DNA from: Allosphingosinicella sp.
GTDB lineage: Bacteria; Pseudomonadota; Alphaproteobacteria; Sphingomonadales; Sphingomonadaceae
NCBI GenBank assembly: GCA_035628835.1
Contig: DASPJA010000022.1
Coordinates: 8,894 to 72,893 of the forward strand
Length of the DNA: 64,000 nucleotides
Direction of reading: 5' to 3'
Both the position numbers and the translations under genes were made by a program. Below, in pieces: positions 18,501 to 28,009 of the stretch. The notes under the pieces were generated by a model. That model saw nothing but the letters and a program-made list of their open reading frames with translations, was not told where the DNA came from and searched no databases. Numbering within the stretch: the first letter of the stretch is position 1; each line of letters opens with the position of its first letter.

Positions 18501-19065
18501 CGACCAGCCGGCCTTCCGCCCGCCGCTCGTCCTCATCTTCCCGCCGCGACAGCTCGATATAGAGGCGGCCGGGGAACAGTGAGACGAGTCGCTCCAGAAT
18601 CAGCTCGGCGGCCATGTCCTGGCCCTGGCTGATCAGCCTCGCGAGCGCCCCGTCGGCGCCGGCCGTCAGGGCTATCAGGCCGTCCGTCCGCCCCTCGAGC
18701 GCCTCGAAACGAACATGCGCCGGCTCTTCCACGGGACGGCCGAGATGCGCCGCCGAGACCAGGGTGCAAAGATTGTCGTAGCCGCGGTCGTTCTGCGCGT
18801 AGAGCGCGATCCAGTCGAGCGCCGGCGGCCCGCCGGCGCCGTCGGGACGGGCGACGGCGAGCATCGCCCCGACGATCGGCTGGACCCCCGCTTCCCGGCA
18901 GGCGTCGGTAAAGGCCATCGCCGCGTAGAGCCCGTTCCGGTCGGTGAGCGCGGCGGCCGGGAAATCGAGCCGCTTCGCCTGCTTGGCGATCGCCTTGGGC
19001 TCGATCGCCCCCTCCAGCATGGTGTAGCTGGAGAAGATTCGAAGTGGGACGTAGGGGCCGGCCAT
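15502..19065 (-). CDS. dnaE: DNA polymerase III alpha subunit
   Basis: PHP domain, GPGRGSGAGS, MPDFDIDF, GYGFNKSHA. Confidence 0.97.
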   Translation of the reverse strand: MAGPYVPLRIFSSYTMLEGAIEPKAIAKQAKRLDFPAAALTDRNGLYAAMAFTDACREAGVQPIVGAMLAVARPDGAGGPPALDWIALYAQNDRGYDNLCTLVSAAHLGRPVEEPAHVRFEALEGRTDGLIALTAGADGALARLISQGQDMAAELILERLVSLFPGRLYIELSRREDEDERRAEGRLVELAYQHDLPLVATNPASYADAHFHEAHDALLCIAQSSQLDRDDRRRSSPEAWLKPAAEMRRLFADIPEAIENSGVIARRCAFGAPKRKPILPSIAGDTEAEAGQLLRDARAGLEERLAHYDGLREEERKAYFDRLEYEADIIVRMGFSAYFLIVADFIKWAKENDIPVGPGRGSGAGSVVAWALTITDLDPIRLGLLFERFLNPERVSMPDFDIDFCETRRGEVIRYVQNRYGTDKVAQIITFGKLKARAVLKDTGRVLQMPYGQVDRLAKAIPNHPTDPWTLERALNGVTELAAEYKNDSQVRRLFDLAMKLEGLPRHASTHAAGVVIGDRPLDQLVPLYRDPRSDMPVTQFDMKYVEAAGLVKFDFLGLKTLSVLQKAVQMLAKRGVTADLDRLAWDDEEVYRLLQRGDTVGVFQLESEGMRRTLAAVKPTSFEDIIALVSLYRPGPMDNIPMFGARKNGREPIEYPHPLLEPVLKETYGIFVYQEQVMEAAKVLAGFSLGEADLLRRAMGKKIKSEMDAQRAGFVAGCERVNAIPKAKANELFDLIDKFAGYGFNKSHAAAYALIAYQTAWLKAHHPVEFYAASMCFDIHQTDKLAIFTDDMRRLAVECLPPSINASEAEFSVEGIESPSPSGEGFGVGLVSRAETSPTPTPPLKAGGLAVRYALGALKGVGEKAMELLVEERRLNGAFKSLEDFAERVDPRLLNRRQIESLAAGGAFDPLDSNRAAVFAAAETILAHAASAADARESGQGGLFGGGESNVVPIRMPVAATWTLAQRMSAEKDAFGFYFSAHPVDRYRHLAEAHGAKTYAALASLPAPPDGGRTGAVMAGMVEDARWRTSARGRRYLMATMSDSSGQFVATVFDDDASEQIEAAAKSGACALLSVELDRRPGEEAPRVTIRSLQLFESLSKRARLQLEIEVDQVEAIERLKAATADDRGGHGELHLRVKLGVGEALLVLGRDFRLDAELAARLERIEGVVAVRLSVAPQPRLALVS
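16519..16610. repeat. Family A palindromic element inserted in frame in dnaE
   Basis: cttcaggggaggggttggggtgggg...ccccaccccaaacccctcccctgaag; encodes SPSPSGEGFGVG...PTPTPPLKAGG. Confidence 0.85.
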
Positions 19066-19151
19066 CCGCTTGTTATGATGGCTGGCGAGCGGCGATGGAA
19101 GCGTCGAGCCGGGGTTTTCCACACCTATTCCCGTCGTCCCGGACGGCGTTC

Positions 19152-20093
19152 CTAATCGCCTCGCCCGATGGTCCTCAGCTCGGCCATTCGCGACGCGTAG
19201 GTCGAAGTGACGCAGCTCTCGCTGCGGCATTGCTCGCGCCGGCCGAGGAAGGCGTCGCGGCTCCGGCGCAAATGGCCTCTGGTCGCCGGATCGGCCCGGG
19301 CCATGAGGTCGTAATAGAGCGATGCCATCGCCCGGTCCTGGGCGGCGAGGCGCGGCGACGAGCAGATCATCTTCTCCGTGCGCGTCTTGCCGTAGCGGCA
19401 GTTGAAGCTGGGCCGGACCGTGACTCGCGTCGGCGCCGGCGTCGCCGGCCGCTCGGCCGTGCGCGGAGGGGACGCCGGCCGCGCAACGGGCCGGGGCGCC
19501 GGCTCGGCGTCCGGCGGCATGGGCGCCGGCTCCGCCGTAGCCGCGGCGGGCGGCACTGCCGGTTCCGGCGCCGCGGCGACGATCTTCGGCAACGGCCCGC
19601 CCTGCATCCCGAAGGTCGCCAGCCGGTAGATGATCGGTTCGGCGCCATCCATCTGATAGACGAGGCCGCTGCCGTCGACGGCCGCCTGGGCGGCATATTC
19701 GACCTCGGCGTCGAGGCGCCTCTTGCCGTCGAAGGCATTTTCCGCCCCCGGCGGAAGCTCGAGGATGAAGCGGCCGGTGCAGACGGTGACGTTCAGCTCG
19801 TCGTCGCGGCTCTTCACCAGCGGCTCCTCCATCCGCACCACCGCCGCGGCGGCGAGCGGATCGAGATTGCGCGGGTCGGAATTGCGGATTCGGGCGGCCT
19901 CGTCGAACACCAGCTCCTTCAGTCGCGCATAGGTGGCGTCGGAGGCGCAGGCCTTGCGGATCCGCTCGCGCTGCTCGCTCGCCAGCTCCGCCTTCGATTT
20001 CTGCGCCGGCGGGTCCTTCTTCTTCATCCAGTCGCAGCCGCCGAGCAAGGCGGACGTCCCCGCGACCAGCAGAATCAGATTACGCAACGCCAT
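19152..20093 (-). CDS. Lipoprotein with C-terminal LprI/DUF1311-like domain
   Basis: LLGGC lipobox; PSFNC..EKMICS..LAAQD..C.SESCV. Confidence 0.75.
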   Translation of the reverse strand: MALRNLILLVAGTSALLGGCDWMKKKDPPAQKSKAELASEQRERIRKACASDATYARLKELVFDEAARIRNSDPRNLDPLAAAAVVRMEEPLVKSRDDELNVTVCTGRFILELPPGAENAFDGKRRLDAEVEYAAQAAVDGSGLVYQMDGAEPIIYRLATFGMQGGPLPKIVAAAPEPAVPPAAATAEPAPMPPDAEPAPRPVARPASPPRTAERPATPAPTRVTVRPSFNCRYGKTRTEKMICSSPRLAAQDRAMASLYYDLMARADPATRGHLRRSRDAFLGRREQCRSESCVTSTYASRMAELRTIGRGD

Positions 20094-20172
20094 TGGGTTC
20101 GCTCCAGCTGCCCCGGTCTTCCGCCGCCAACGCAGCAGCGGCGGCATCTTTCCCGCCGGCCGAGAGCCGGAG

Positions 20173-20793
20173 TCAGAGCTCGCAGCCCGAGGTGCAGAAG
20201 AGTGGCCGGCCCTTGACCTCCGCGACGGGGAGCAGCTCGACGCCGTCCATCGCCCGCGCCACCCGGCTGTCGGCCGAACGGTCGCGATTGTCGCCCAGCA
20301 GGAAGACGAAGCCGGCCGGCACGCGGGTCTCGGGAAATTCGTCGACCTGCGAGGGTCCCATGTCGAGTATCTGGTGCGGCGCCGCCTCGCCGGGAAACTG
20401 CTCGGCGAGCCTGCGCGCGGGCGGCGCGCCGGGAACCTCGCGGCGCTGCTCCATGGCCAGGAAGCGTTGCTCGACGGGGCGACCGTTGAGGATGACGATC
20501 CCCTCTCCGAGCGCGATCGAATCCCCTCCGAGCGCGGCGATGCGCTTGACGTAGGTTGCCTCCCCGACCGACACGAGGACGATATCGCCGCGCCTGAGAT
20601 CGCCGCCGCCGTTCATGAAGGCGACGAAGCGGTCTCCCTTTTCCAGCGTCGGCGCCATCGCCTCGGACGGCAAATAGAAGTTTCTGACATAGCCGCTGCC
20701 GAAGGCACCCATCAGGGCGACGAACAGGATGGCGATGAGGCCGGCCACTCCAACCGTCGCTCCCCACAGGACCCGGCGCAGGGTCGGGCTCAT
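20173..20793 (-). CDS. lepB: Signal peptidase I
   Basis: [26 protein letters not shown]. Confidence 0.85.
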   Translation of the reverse strand: MSPTLRRVLWGATVGVAGLIAILFVALMGAFGSGYVRNFYLPSEAMAPTLEKGDRFVAFMNGGGDLRRGDIVLVSVGEATYVKRIAALGGDSIALGEGIVILNGRPVEQRFLAMEQRREVPGAPPARRLAEQFPGEAAPHQILDMGPSQVDEFPETRVPAGFVFLLGDNRDRSADSRVARAMDGVELLPVAEVKGRPLFCTSGCEL

Positions 20794-21461
20794 TCCAGAA
20801 CGCCCTCGTGCAGCCTCAGCACCCGGTCCATCTTCGCGGCGATGCGCTCATTGTGGGTGGCGACGAGGGCGGCGCTGCCTTCGTCGCGGACGAGGCGGAG
20901 GAACTCGGCGAAGACGATGTCGGCGGTATGCTCGTCGAGATTGCCGGTGGGCTCGTCCGCGAGGACGAGCGCGGGCCGGTTGGCGAGCGCGCGGGCGACG
21001 GCCACGCGCTGCTGCTCGCCCCCGGACAATTTGCTGGGGCGGTGGGTGACCCGCTCGGCGAGGCCGAGCGTGCCGAGCAGCGACGACGACCGCTCTTCGG
21101 CCTCCTCGCGGCTCGCCCCTTTGACCAGCTGCGGGATGACGACGTTTTCGAGGGCCGTAAAATCCGGAAGCAGATGGTGAAATTGGTAGACGAAGCCCAA
21201 CGTGTCGCGGCGGACCCGGGTGCGGTTGCCGTCGCTGAGCTCCGCCACCTCTTCGCCGGCGATCCGGATCGAACCCTCGAATCCGCCCTCGAGCAGGCCG
21301 ACCGCCTGGAGCAGGGTGGACTTGCCGGAGCCGGACGGGCCGAGCAGGGCGACGATCTCGCCGGGGCGTACCTCGAGATCGACGCCCCGCAGAACGTCGA
21401 TGGTCACGCCCCCCTGGCGGAAGCTGCGCCTGAGGCCGCTGACGGCGAGCACCTCATTCAT
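20790..21461 (-). CDS. lolD: Lipoprotein-releasing ABC transporter ATPase
   Basis: [28 protein letters not shown]. Confidence 0.92.
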   Translation of the reverse strand: MNEVLAVSGLRRSFRQGGVTIDVLRGVDLEVRPGEIVALLGPSGSGKSTLLQAVGLLEGGFEGSIRIAGEEVAELSDGNRTRVRRDTLGFVYQFHHLLPDFTALENVVIPQLVKGASREEAEERSSSLLGTLGLAERVTHRPSKLSGGEQQRVAVARALANRPALVLADEPTGNLDEHTADIVFAEFLRLVRDEGSAALVATHNERIAAKMDRVLRLHEGVLE

Positions 21462-22704
21462 AGCGAAGCACCTGCACCGGATCGGTGCTCGCCGCCTTCC
21501 ACGCCGGATAGAGCGTGGCGAGGAAGCTCAGCACCAGCGCCATGGCGACGATGGCGAGCACTTCGAACGGATCGGTCTTGGAGGGCAATTCGGTCAGGAA
21601 GCGGATCGACGGGTCCCACAGGTTCTGGCCGGTCAGGAACTGGATCAGGTTCACGAAGGGCTGGCGGAAATAGAGGAGCAGGAAGCCGAGGCCGAGGCCG
21701 GCGAGGATTCCGATTGCCCCGATGATCACGCCCACCGTCATGAACACCTTCATCAGCCCGCGCCGGCTCGCCCCCATGGTGCGCAGGATGGCGATGTCGC
21801 GGGTCTTGGCCCGGACCAGCATGATCAGGGAGGAGAGGATGTTGAACACGGCGACGAGGATGATGATCGAGAGGATGACGAACATCGCCACCCTTTCGAC
21901 CTGAAGCGCCTCGAACAATGAGGCGTTCATCGAGCGCCAGTCCGCCACCGCGGCGTGGCCGCTGACGCTGGCCCGAAGCGGCTCCAATATCTCCCCGACG
22001 CGGTCGGCGTCGACCGTCTGAACCTCCACCATGCCGACCGAATCCCCCAGCAGGAGCAGGGTCTGCGCATCCTCGATCGGCATGATCACGAACGATTTGT
22101 CGTAATCGTAGACGCCGACCTCGAAGATGGCGGAGACGTTGTAGGAGACGATGCGCGGCACCGTTCCGAACGGGGTGGTTCGTCCCTCCGGGCTGATCAG
22201 GCTGATCTGGCCGCCGACATTCGCGCCGAGCGCCTCGGCGAGGCGGGCGCCGATCGCGACATTGCCGGCGCCGGGGCGAAGCGCTTCGAGAGAGCCGGAG
22301 AGAACCTTGCCCTGAAGCGTCTCGTTGCGCAGGATGTCGCCCCGGTCCATGCCCCGGACGAGCACCCCTTCAACCCTGCCTTCGTAGCTCACCATCAGCG
22401 GTTGCTCGATCAGCGGCAGCGCGTCGGTGACTCCGGGAGTCGCCCGCGCCTGGCGGACGATGTCGCGCCAGTCGGGAAGCTGGCCGCCATAGCCCTGGAC
22501 GACGGCATGGCCGTTCAGGCCGACGATCTTGTCGAACAGCTCGGCGCGGAAGCCGTTCATCACGCTCATCACGACGATCAGGGCGGCCACTCCGAGCGCG
22601 ACCGCGACCAGGCTGATCGCGGCGACCAGGAAGATGAACCCCTCGCCCTTGCCGGGCAGCAGATAGCGCCGGGCGATCATCCGCTCGTAGCGGGAGAGGA
22701 TCAC
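21454..22704 (-). CDS. lolC: Lipoprotein-releasing ABC transporter permease (LolC/E)
   Basis: [27 protein letters not shown]; GTG start overlaps proS stop. Confidence 0.9.
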   Translation of the reverse strand: MILSRYERMIARRYLLPGKGEGFIFLVAAISLVAVALGVAALIVVMSVMNGFRAELFDKIVGLNGHAVVQGYGGQLPDWRDIVRQARATPGVTDALPLIEQPLMVSYEGRVEGVLVRGMDRGDILRNETLQGKVLSGSLEALRPGAGNVAIGARLAEALGANVGGQISLISPEGRTTPFGTVPRIVSYNVSAIFEVGVYDYDKSFVIMPIEDAQTLLLLGDSVGMVEVQTVDADRVGEILEPLRASVSGHAAVADWRSMNASLFEALQVERVAMFVILSIIILVAVFNILSSLIMLVRAKTRDIAILRTMGASRRGLMKVFMTVGVIIGAIGILAGLGLGFLLLYFRQPFVNLIQFLTGQNLWDPSIRFLTELPSKTDPFEVLAIVAMALVLSFLATLYPAWKAASTDPVQVLRYE

Positions 22705-24005
22705 GCCGTCAGCCTCGCCAGGGCGCTTTCGATCGACAGCTCCTCGCGCTCGCCTCCGGAGCGGCGCTTGAGCTCGACCACGCCGCGCTCCAACCCCTTG
22801 GGGCCGACGATCAGCTGCCAGGGCAGGCCGATCAGGTCCATGGTCGCGAACTTGGCGCCGCCGCGCTCGTCGCGGTCGTCGTAGAGCGTGTCGACGCCGG
22901 CGTCGCTGAGGCGGCCGTAAATCTCGTCGGCCGCGCTGGTGACGGCGCCGTCGTCGGCGCGCATGTTGATCAGGCCGAGCTGGAAGGGGGCGACGCTGTC
23001 GGGCCAGATGATGCCCTTGTCGTCGTGGCTGGCCTCGATGATGGCGCCGATCAGCCGCGACACGCCGATTCCGTAGCTGCCCATTTGCGGCTGGACCTGG
23101 GCGCCGTCCCTCGCCTGCACGGAAAGGCCCATGCTGGCGCTGTACTTGGTGCCGAAGGCGAAGATGTGGCCGACCTCGATTCCGCGGCGGGTGCGCAGGC
23201 GCTCCGCCGGCACCGGACAGTCGGTAACCTTGGCATGCTCCTCCTCCTCCATCGCGTAGAGGCCGGTGAGCCGGGCGATGGTGGAGGAGTCGGCTGCGAG
23301 CAGCTCGTCGCGCGAAATCTCCTCGATCGCCGAATCGTAGAAGAGCGCGCTCTCGCCCGTGTCGGCGAGGATGTGGAATTCGTGGCTGAGGTCGCCGCCG
23401 ATCGGCCCGGTCGGCGCCTTTACCGGCACGGCGGTGAGCCCGAGGCGGGCGAAGGTGCGCAGATAGGCGACGAACATCGCCTCGTAGCTGGAGCGAAGCC
23501 CCTCTTCGTCGAGGTCGAAGCTGTAGGCGTCCTTCATCAGGAACTCGCGCCCGCGCATCACTCCGAAGCGGGGGCGGACCTCGTCCCGGAACTTCCACTG
23601 GATATGGTAGAGGATGCGGGGAAGGTCGCGGTAGCTCCTGGCGGAATCGCGGAAGATGGCTGTGACCATCTCCTCGTTGGTGGGGCCGTAAAGCATGTCG
23701 CGGTCGTGGCGGTCGCGGATCCGGAGCATTTCGGGGCCGTAGGCGTCGTAGCGGCCGGACTGGCGCCAAAGGTCCGCCGACTGAAGGGTCGGCATCAGCA
23801 TTTCTACGGCGCCGGCGCGATCCTGCTCCTCGCGGACGATCCGCTCGATCCGCTTCAGCACCTTGAGGCCGATGGGCAGCCAGGCGTAGATGCCGGCGGC
23901 GGTCTGGCGGACGAGGCCGGCGCGGAGCATCAGCTGGTGGCTGACGATCTGGGCGTCCGACGGGGTCTCCTTCATCACCGGGAGGAAATAACGGGAAAGG
24001 CGCAT
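22701..24005 (-). CDS. proS: Proline--tRNA ligase
   Basis: [32 protein letters not shown]. Confidence 0.97.
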   Translation of the reverse strand: MRLSRYFLPVMKETPSDAQIVSHQLMLRAGLVRQTAAGIYAWLPIGLKVLKRIERIVREEQDRAGAVEMLMPTLQSADLWRQSGRYDAYGPEMLRIRDRHDRDMLYGPTNEEMVTAIFRDSARSYRDLPRILYHIQWKFRDEVRPRFGVMRGREFLMKDAYSFDLDEEGLRSSYEAMFVAYLRTFARLGLTAVPVKAPTGPIGGDLSHEFHILADTGESALFYDSAIEEISRDELLAADSSTIARLTGLYAMEEEEHAKVTDCPVPAERLRTRRGIEVGHIFAFGTKYSASMGLSVQARDGAQVQPQMGSYGIGVSRLIGAIIEASHDDKGIIWPDSVAPFQLGLINMRADDGAVTSAADEIYGRLSDAGVDTLYDDRDERGGAKFATMDLIGLPWQLIVGPKGLERGVVELKRRSGGEREELSIESALARLTA

Positions 24006-24147
24006 GCGCCGCCTCTACGGGGCACCCCGCGCCAAGGCAACCGGGCGGGCCAAATGCCCTGTTGCCGTACCGACACAGGACCTGAGCAAAGTGCCCCAAG
24101 CCCTTGGATAGGCAGGTGACAAGAGGCCGACTCCCTCATAGCGTCCC

Positions 24148-24300
24148 CGCCACGAACGAAGGCTATAGCCGGGTTCGGGGAGGCTTCGGCCCCGCATTCC
24201 CATGCGAGGGGGAATGCGAGCGGGCCGGGCATCTTGACTAAGGGGGTCGGCGCGCAAGCGCCGCGACGGTGCCCGGGCAGCGATGCCCGGGCACTTTTCG
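24148..24300 (+). ncRNA. Candidate structured small RNA
   Basis: Several hairpins ending in a + strand terminator with no gene upstream on that strand; 5' end approximate. Confidence 0.45.
24269..24298 (+). terminator. Rho-independent terminator
   Basis: gtgcccgggca-GCGA-tgcccgggcac-tttt. Confidence 0.7.
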
Positions 24301-24364
24301 TTGACCCTGGGGCAGGTCGAGGGTGACGGGAGGGCGCGGCGGCAGGGCGGATCGGCCGCCGACA

Positions 24365-24393
24365 TTGCTAAAATCGCCCCTTGCGCCTACATA
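24365..24393 (+). promoter_or_regulatory. Sigma70-like promoter of infA
   Basis: TTGCTA-17-TACATA. Confidence 0.5.
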
Positions 24394-24535
24394 AGAGGGG
24401 CTGACGTCGCTGCGACGGAATTTGCGGCCCCTCGCGGCCCCGCCTTCCCTTTCATGCTTCTCGCCCGCGCCAAACGGCCTCCTTGCCGGCGCGGTCATCT
24501 ATTTCCGGCCGCAGGTTGCCGAGGGAGAACAAGGT

Positions 24536-24805
24536 TTGGCGAAGGAAGCTACTCTCACCGTCGAGGGCGAGATCGACGAAATCTATCCGGACGGCCGCTT
24601 CGGAGTGATGCTGGACAACCAGCACCGGGTGATCGTCTACACCGCGGGCAAGATGCGGCGCTTCCGCATCCGCTCGGTTGTCGGCGACCGGGTCCATGTC
24701 GAGATGACGCCCTACGATCTGACCAAAGGCCGGCTGATCTTCCGCGAACGCACGCCCGGCCAGGGGCCTGGCAGCAGCCCGCGGCGCCCCGGCGCCAAGC
24801 GCTAG
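24536..24805 (+). CDS. infA: Translation initiation factor IF-1 (divergent, extended C-terminus)
   Basis: TTG start after GGAGA; [30 protein letters not shown]. Confidence 0.9.
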   Translation: MAKEATLTVEGEIDEIYPDGRFGVMLDNQHRVIVYTAGKMRRFRIRSVVGDRVHVEMTPYDLTKGRLIFRERTPGQGPGSSPRRPGAKR

Positions 24806-24819
24806 AAGGAGATACCAAC

Positions 24820-25047
24820 ATGGGCGGAACCCCCGACAGCACCCGCACGCCGATCAAGCCCTTCCTGATCAACAAGGACGAGGAAGGCCGGGTCCGGCTG
24901 ACCCTTCGCGAGACCCGCTATAACGGCCAGGGCTATCCGATCGTCACGACGATTCTGCACGAAGAGCCTTTCCCGACCGCCACCGCGGCGCGCGCTTATG
25001 CCAAGGAGCATTTCGGCGCCGAGCCGGGGCAATTCGCGAGCAAGTAG
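24820..25047 (+). CDS. Small hypothetical protein (75 aa)
   Basis: AAGGAG RBS; genome-typical codon usage; directly downstream of infA. Confidence 0.75.
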   Translation: MGGTPDSTRTPIKPFLINKDEEGRVRLTLRETRYNGQGYPIVTTILHEEPFPTATAARAYAKEHFGAEPGQFASK

Positions 25048-25057
25048 GCGCGACGCT

Positions 25058-25180
25058 CTCCCCTCCCTGCAAGGGAGGGGCTGGGGGCGGGTCCGCCGAA
25101 GGCCGGTTAAACTCCGGCTCGGGAGAAGTCTCGCTTCGCTCGCCCGCCCACCCCTGACCCCTCCCTTGCAGGGAGGGGAA
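25058..25180. repeat. Family A palindromic element, full copy
   Basis: ctcccctccctgcaagggagggg...cccctcccttgcagggagggga. Confidence 0.9.
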
Positions 25181-25181
25181 T

Positions 25182-27851
25182 TCACGACCGCTTCCGCCTC
25201 AGCGACGCCTGCGCGGCCGCGAGCCTGGCGATCGGCACCCGGTAGGGCGACGCGCTGACGTAATCCAGGCCCGTCTTCTCGCAGAAGGCGATGCTCGCCG
25301 GATCGCCGCCATGCTCGCCGCATATGCCGAGCTTGAGGCCGGGCCTGGCGCCCCGGCCGCGCTCGGCGGCGAGGGCGATCAGCTCGCCGACCCCGTCCTC
25401 GTCGATCGAGACGAACGGGTCGCGCTCGAAAATGCCCTTCTCGACATAGTGGGTGAGGAAGCGGCCGGCATCGTCCCGGCTCACGCCCAGGGTGGTCTGG
25501 GTGAGGTCGTTGGTGCCGAAGCTGAAGAATTGCGCCTCTTCGGCGATGTCGGCGGCGCGCAGAGCGGCGCGCGGGAGCTCGATCATCGTCCCGACCAGAT
25601 AATCGACGCTCGCGCCCTGCTCGGCGAAGACGGCGCCGGCGGTGCGGTCGATCAGCTCCCTGATGATGCGGAGCTCGGCCCGGGTGGCGACGAGTGGGAC
25701 CATCACTTCCGGGATCGGAGCCTTGCCGCCCTCCCTCGCGACGGCGACCGCGGCCTCGAAGATGGCGCGAGCCTGCATCTCGTAGATTTCGGGATAGGTG
25801 ATCCCGAGCCGGCAGCCGCGGTGGCCGAGCATCGGGTTGAACTCGTGAAGCTCGGCGACCCGGCGCTTCAGCGCCTCGACTCCCACTCCGGCGCCGGCCG
25901 CGACTTCCTCATATTCCGCCTCGCTGTGCGGGAGGAATTCGTGGAGCGGCGGATCGAGCAGCCGGATGGTCACCGGGAGCGGCGCCATGATCCGGAAAAT
26001 CTCCTCGAAATCGGCGCGCTGGGCCGGAAGCAGCTTGAGCAATGCCGCGCGGCGCCCGGATTCGTCGGCGGCGAGGATCATCTGGCGGACGTTGGCGATC
26101 CGCTCGGCGTCGAAGAACATATGCTCGGTACGGCACAGGCCGATGCCCTCGGCGCCGAACTCGCGGGCGGTCCGGCAGTCGAGCGGGGTCTCGGCATTGG
26201 TTCGGACTCCGAGGCGGCGGTGAGCGTCGGCCCAGGCCATGAGGGTCCCGAAATCGCCGACCAGCTCGGGCTGGACGGTGGCGACGGCGCCGAGCATGAC
26301 CTCGCCCGAGGAGCCGTCGATGGTGATCGTCTCCCCTTCCCTCACCTCGACCGCTCCGGCGCGCATCAGCCGCGCCTTGTAGTCGATCGAGACGGTCCCG
26401 GCGCCGCTGACGCAGGGGCGGCCCATCCCCCGGGCGACGACGGCGGCATGGCTGGTCATGCCGCCGCGCGCGGTGAGGATGCCCTGCGCCGCGTGCATGC
26501 CGTGAATGTCCTCGGGGCTGGTCTCGACCCGGACCAGGATCACCTTCTCGCCCAGCCCCGCGCGCTTCTCCGCCGTGTCGGCGTCGAAGACGGCCGCTCC
26601 GGAGGCGGCGCCCGGCGAAGCGGGCAGCCCCTTGGCGATCACCCGCCGCTCGGCCTTGGGATCCAGGGTGGGGTGGAGCAACTGATCGAGCGCCTGCGGG
26701 TCGACCCGGAGCACCGCCTCCTCCTGCGTGATCAGGCCTTCGCCGGCCATGTCGACGGCGATGCGCAGGGCCGCCTTGGCGGTGCGCTTGCCGGAACGGG
26801 TCTGGAGCATGAACAGCTTGCCGCGCTCGACGGTGAACTCGATGTCCTGCATGTCGCGATAATGGCGCTCGAGCAGGTCGAAGACCCGGGCGAGCTCGCC
26901 GAACACCTCCGGCATGGATTCTTCCATCGACGCCGCCTTGGCGCCGGCGGCCTCGCGGGCGGCGCGGGTGAGATATTGCGGGGTCCGGATGCCGGCGACG
27001 ACGTCCTCTCCCTGGGCGTTGATCAGATATTCGCCGTAATAAGCCCGCTCGCCGGTCGACGGGTTGCGGGTGAAGGCGACTCCGGTGGCCGAGGTCTCGC
27101 CCATGTTGCCGAAGACCATGGCCTGGACGTTGACCGCCGTGCCCCAGTCGCCGGGGATGCCGTTCAGCCGGCGGTAGGTTTTGGCGCGATCCGACTGCCA
27201 GGAGCCGAAGACGGCGCCAACCGCGCCCCAGAGCTGCTCGTGCACGTCTTCCGGGAACGGCCGGCCCAGTTGCTCCTCGACCAGTTCCTTGTAGCGGGCG
27301 GTGAGCCGGCGCCAGTCCGCGGCCTCCAGGTCGGTGTCGAGGTGGACGCCCTTGTCCTCCTTGGCGATCTCCAGAGCTTCCTCGAAGGCCGAATGATCGA
27401 GGCCGAGGACGACGTCCGAATACATCTGGATGAAGCGGCGGTAGCTGTCCCAGGCGAAGCGCGGGTCGCCGGAGATGGCGGCGAGCCCCTCGACGGTCGC
27501 ATCGTTGAGGCCGAGGTTGAGGACGGTGTCCATCATGCCCGGCATCGACACCCGGGCGCCGGAGCGGACCGAGACGAGGAGCGGATCCGCGCAGTCGCCG
27601 AAGCTCTTGCCGCAAATGCCCTCGATATGGGCGAGGCCGTCGGCAACTTCCCGGCGCAGGCTGTCGGGAAAGCTTTCCCCTTCGGCGTAATAGCGGGCGC
27701 ACATCTCGGTGGAGATGGTGAAGCCGGGCGGCACCGGCAGGCCGATCGACGCCATTTCGGCGAGGTTGGCGCCCTTGCCGCCGAGGAGGTTCTTGTTGCC
27801 CGCCTCGCCGTCGGTGATTCCGCCGCCGAAGCGATAGACGTAGCGGGTCAT
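25182..27851 (-). CDS. ppdK: Pyruvate phosphate dikinase
   Basis: LLGGKGANL, GGMTSHAAVVARG, FSFGTNDLTQ, GICGEHGG. Confidence 0.97.
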   Translation of the reverse strand: MTRYVYRFGGGITDGEAGNKNLLGGKGANLAEMASIGLPVPPGFTISTEMCARYYAEGESFPDSLRREVADGLAHIEGICGKSFGDCADPLLVSVRSGARVSMPGMMDTVLNLGLNDATVEGLAAISGDPRFAWDSYRRFIQMYSDVVLGLDHSAFEEALEIAKEDKGVHLDTDLEAADWRRLTARYKELVEEQLGRPFPEDVHEQLWGAVGAVFGSWQSDRAKTYRRLNGIPGDWGTAVNVQAMVFGNMGETSATGVAFTRNPSTGERAYYGEYLINAQGEDVVAGIRTPQYLTRAAREAAGAKAASMEESMPEVFGELARVFDLLERHYRDMQDIEFTVERGKLFMLQTRSGKRTAKAALRIAVDMAGEGLITQEEAVLRVDPQALDQLLHPTLDPKAERRVIAKGLPASPGAASGAAVFDADTAEKRAGLGEKVILVRVETSPEDIHGMHAAQGILTARGGMTSHAAVVARGMGRPCVSGAGTVSIDYKARLMRAGAVEVREGETITIDGSSGEVMLGAVATVQPELVGDFGTLMAWADAHRRLGVRTNAETPLDCRTAREFGAEGIGLCRTEHMFFDAERIANVRQMILAADESGRRAALLKLLPAQRADFEEIFRIMAPLPVTIRLLDPPLHEFLPHSEAEYEEVAAGAGVGVEALKRRVAELHEFNPMLGHRGCRLGITYPEIYEMQARAIFEAAVAVAREGGKAPIPEVMVPLVATRAELRIIRELIDRTAGAVFAEQGASVDYLVGTMIELPRAALRAADIAEEAQFFSFGTNDLTQTTLGVSRDDAGRFLTHYVEKGIFERDPFVSIDEDGVGELIALAAERGRGARPGLKLGICGEHGGDPASIAFCEKTGLDYVSASPYRVPIARLAAAQASLRRKRS

Positions 27852-28009
27852 ATTGCTCCCCTCCCTGCAAGGGAGGGGTCGGGGGTGGGTGCGAGCGGAG
27901 CGAGCATTGCAGCCTTGGAGTTTCGGCCGCCTTCGACGGACCCACCCCCGGCCCCTCCCTTCCAGGGAGGGGAGACATGCGGCCGCTGATCGAAACTCTT
28001 CACCTTCAC
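27848..28009 (-). CDS. Putative 53-aa bridge mini-ORF spanning a family A repeat
   Basis: GTG overlaps glyS TGA; its own TGA overlaps ppdK ATG. Confidence 0.4.
   Translation of the reverse strand: MKVKSFDQRPHVSPPWKGGAGGGSVEGGRNSKAAMLAPLAPTPDPSLAGRGAI
27856..27974. repeat. Family A palindromic element, full copy
   Basis: Same arms and internal gtttcggccgccttcg block as the other copies. Confidence 0.9.
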
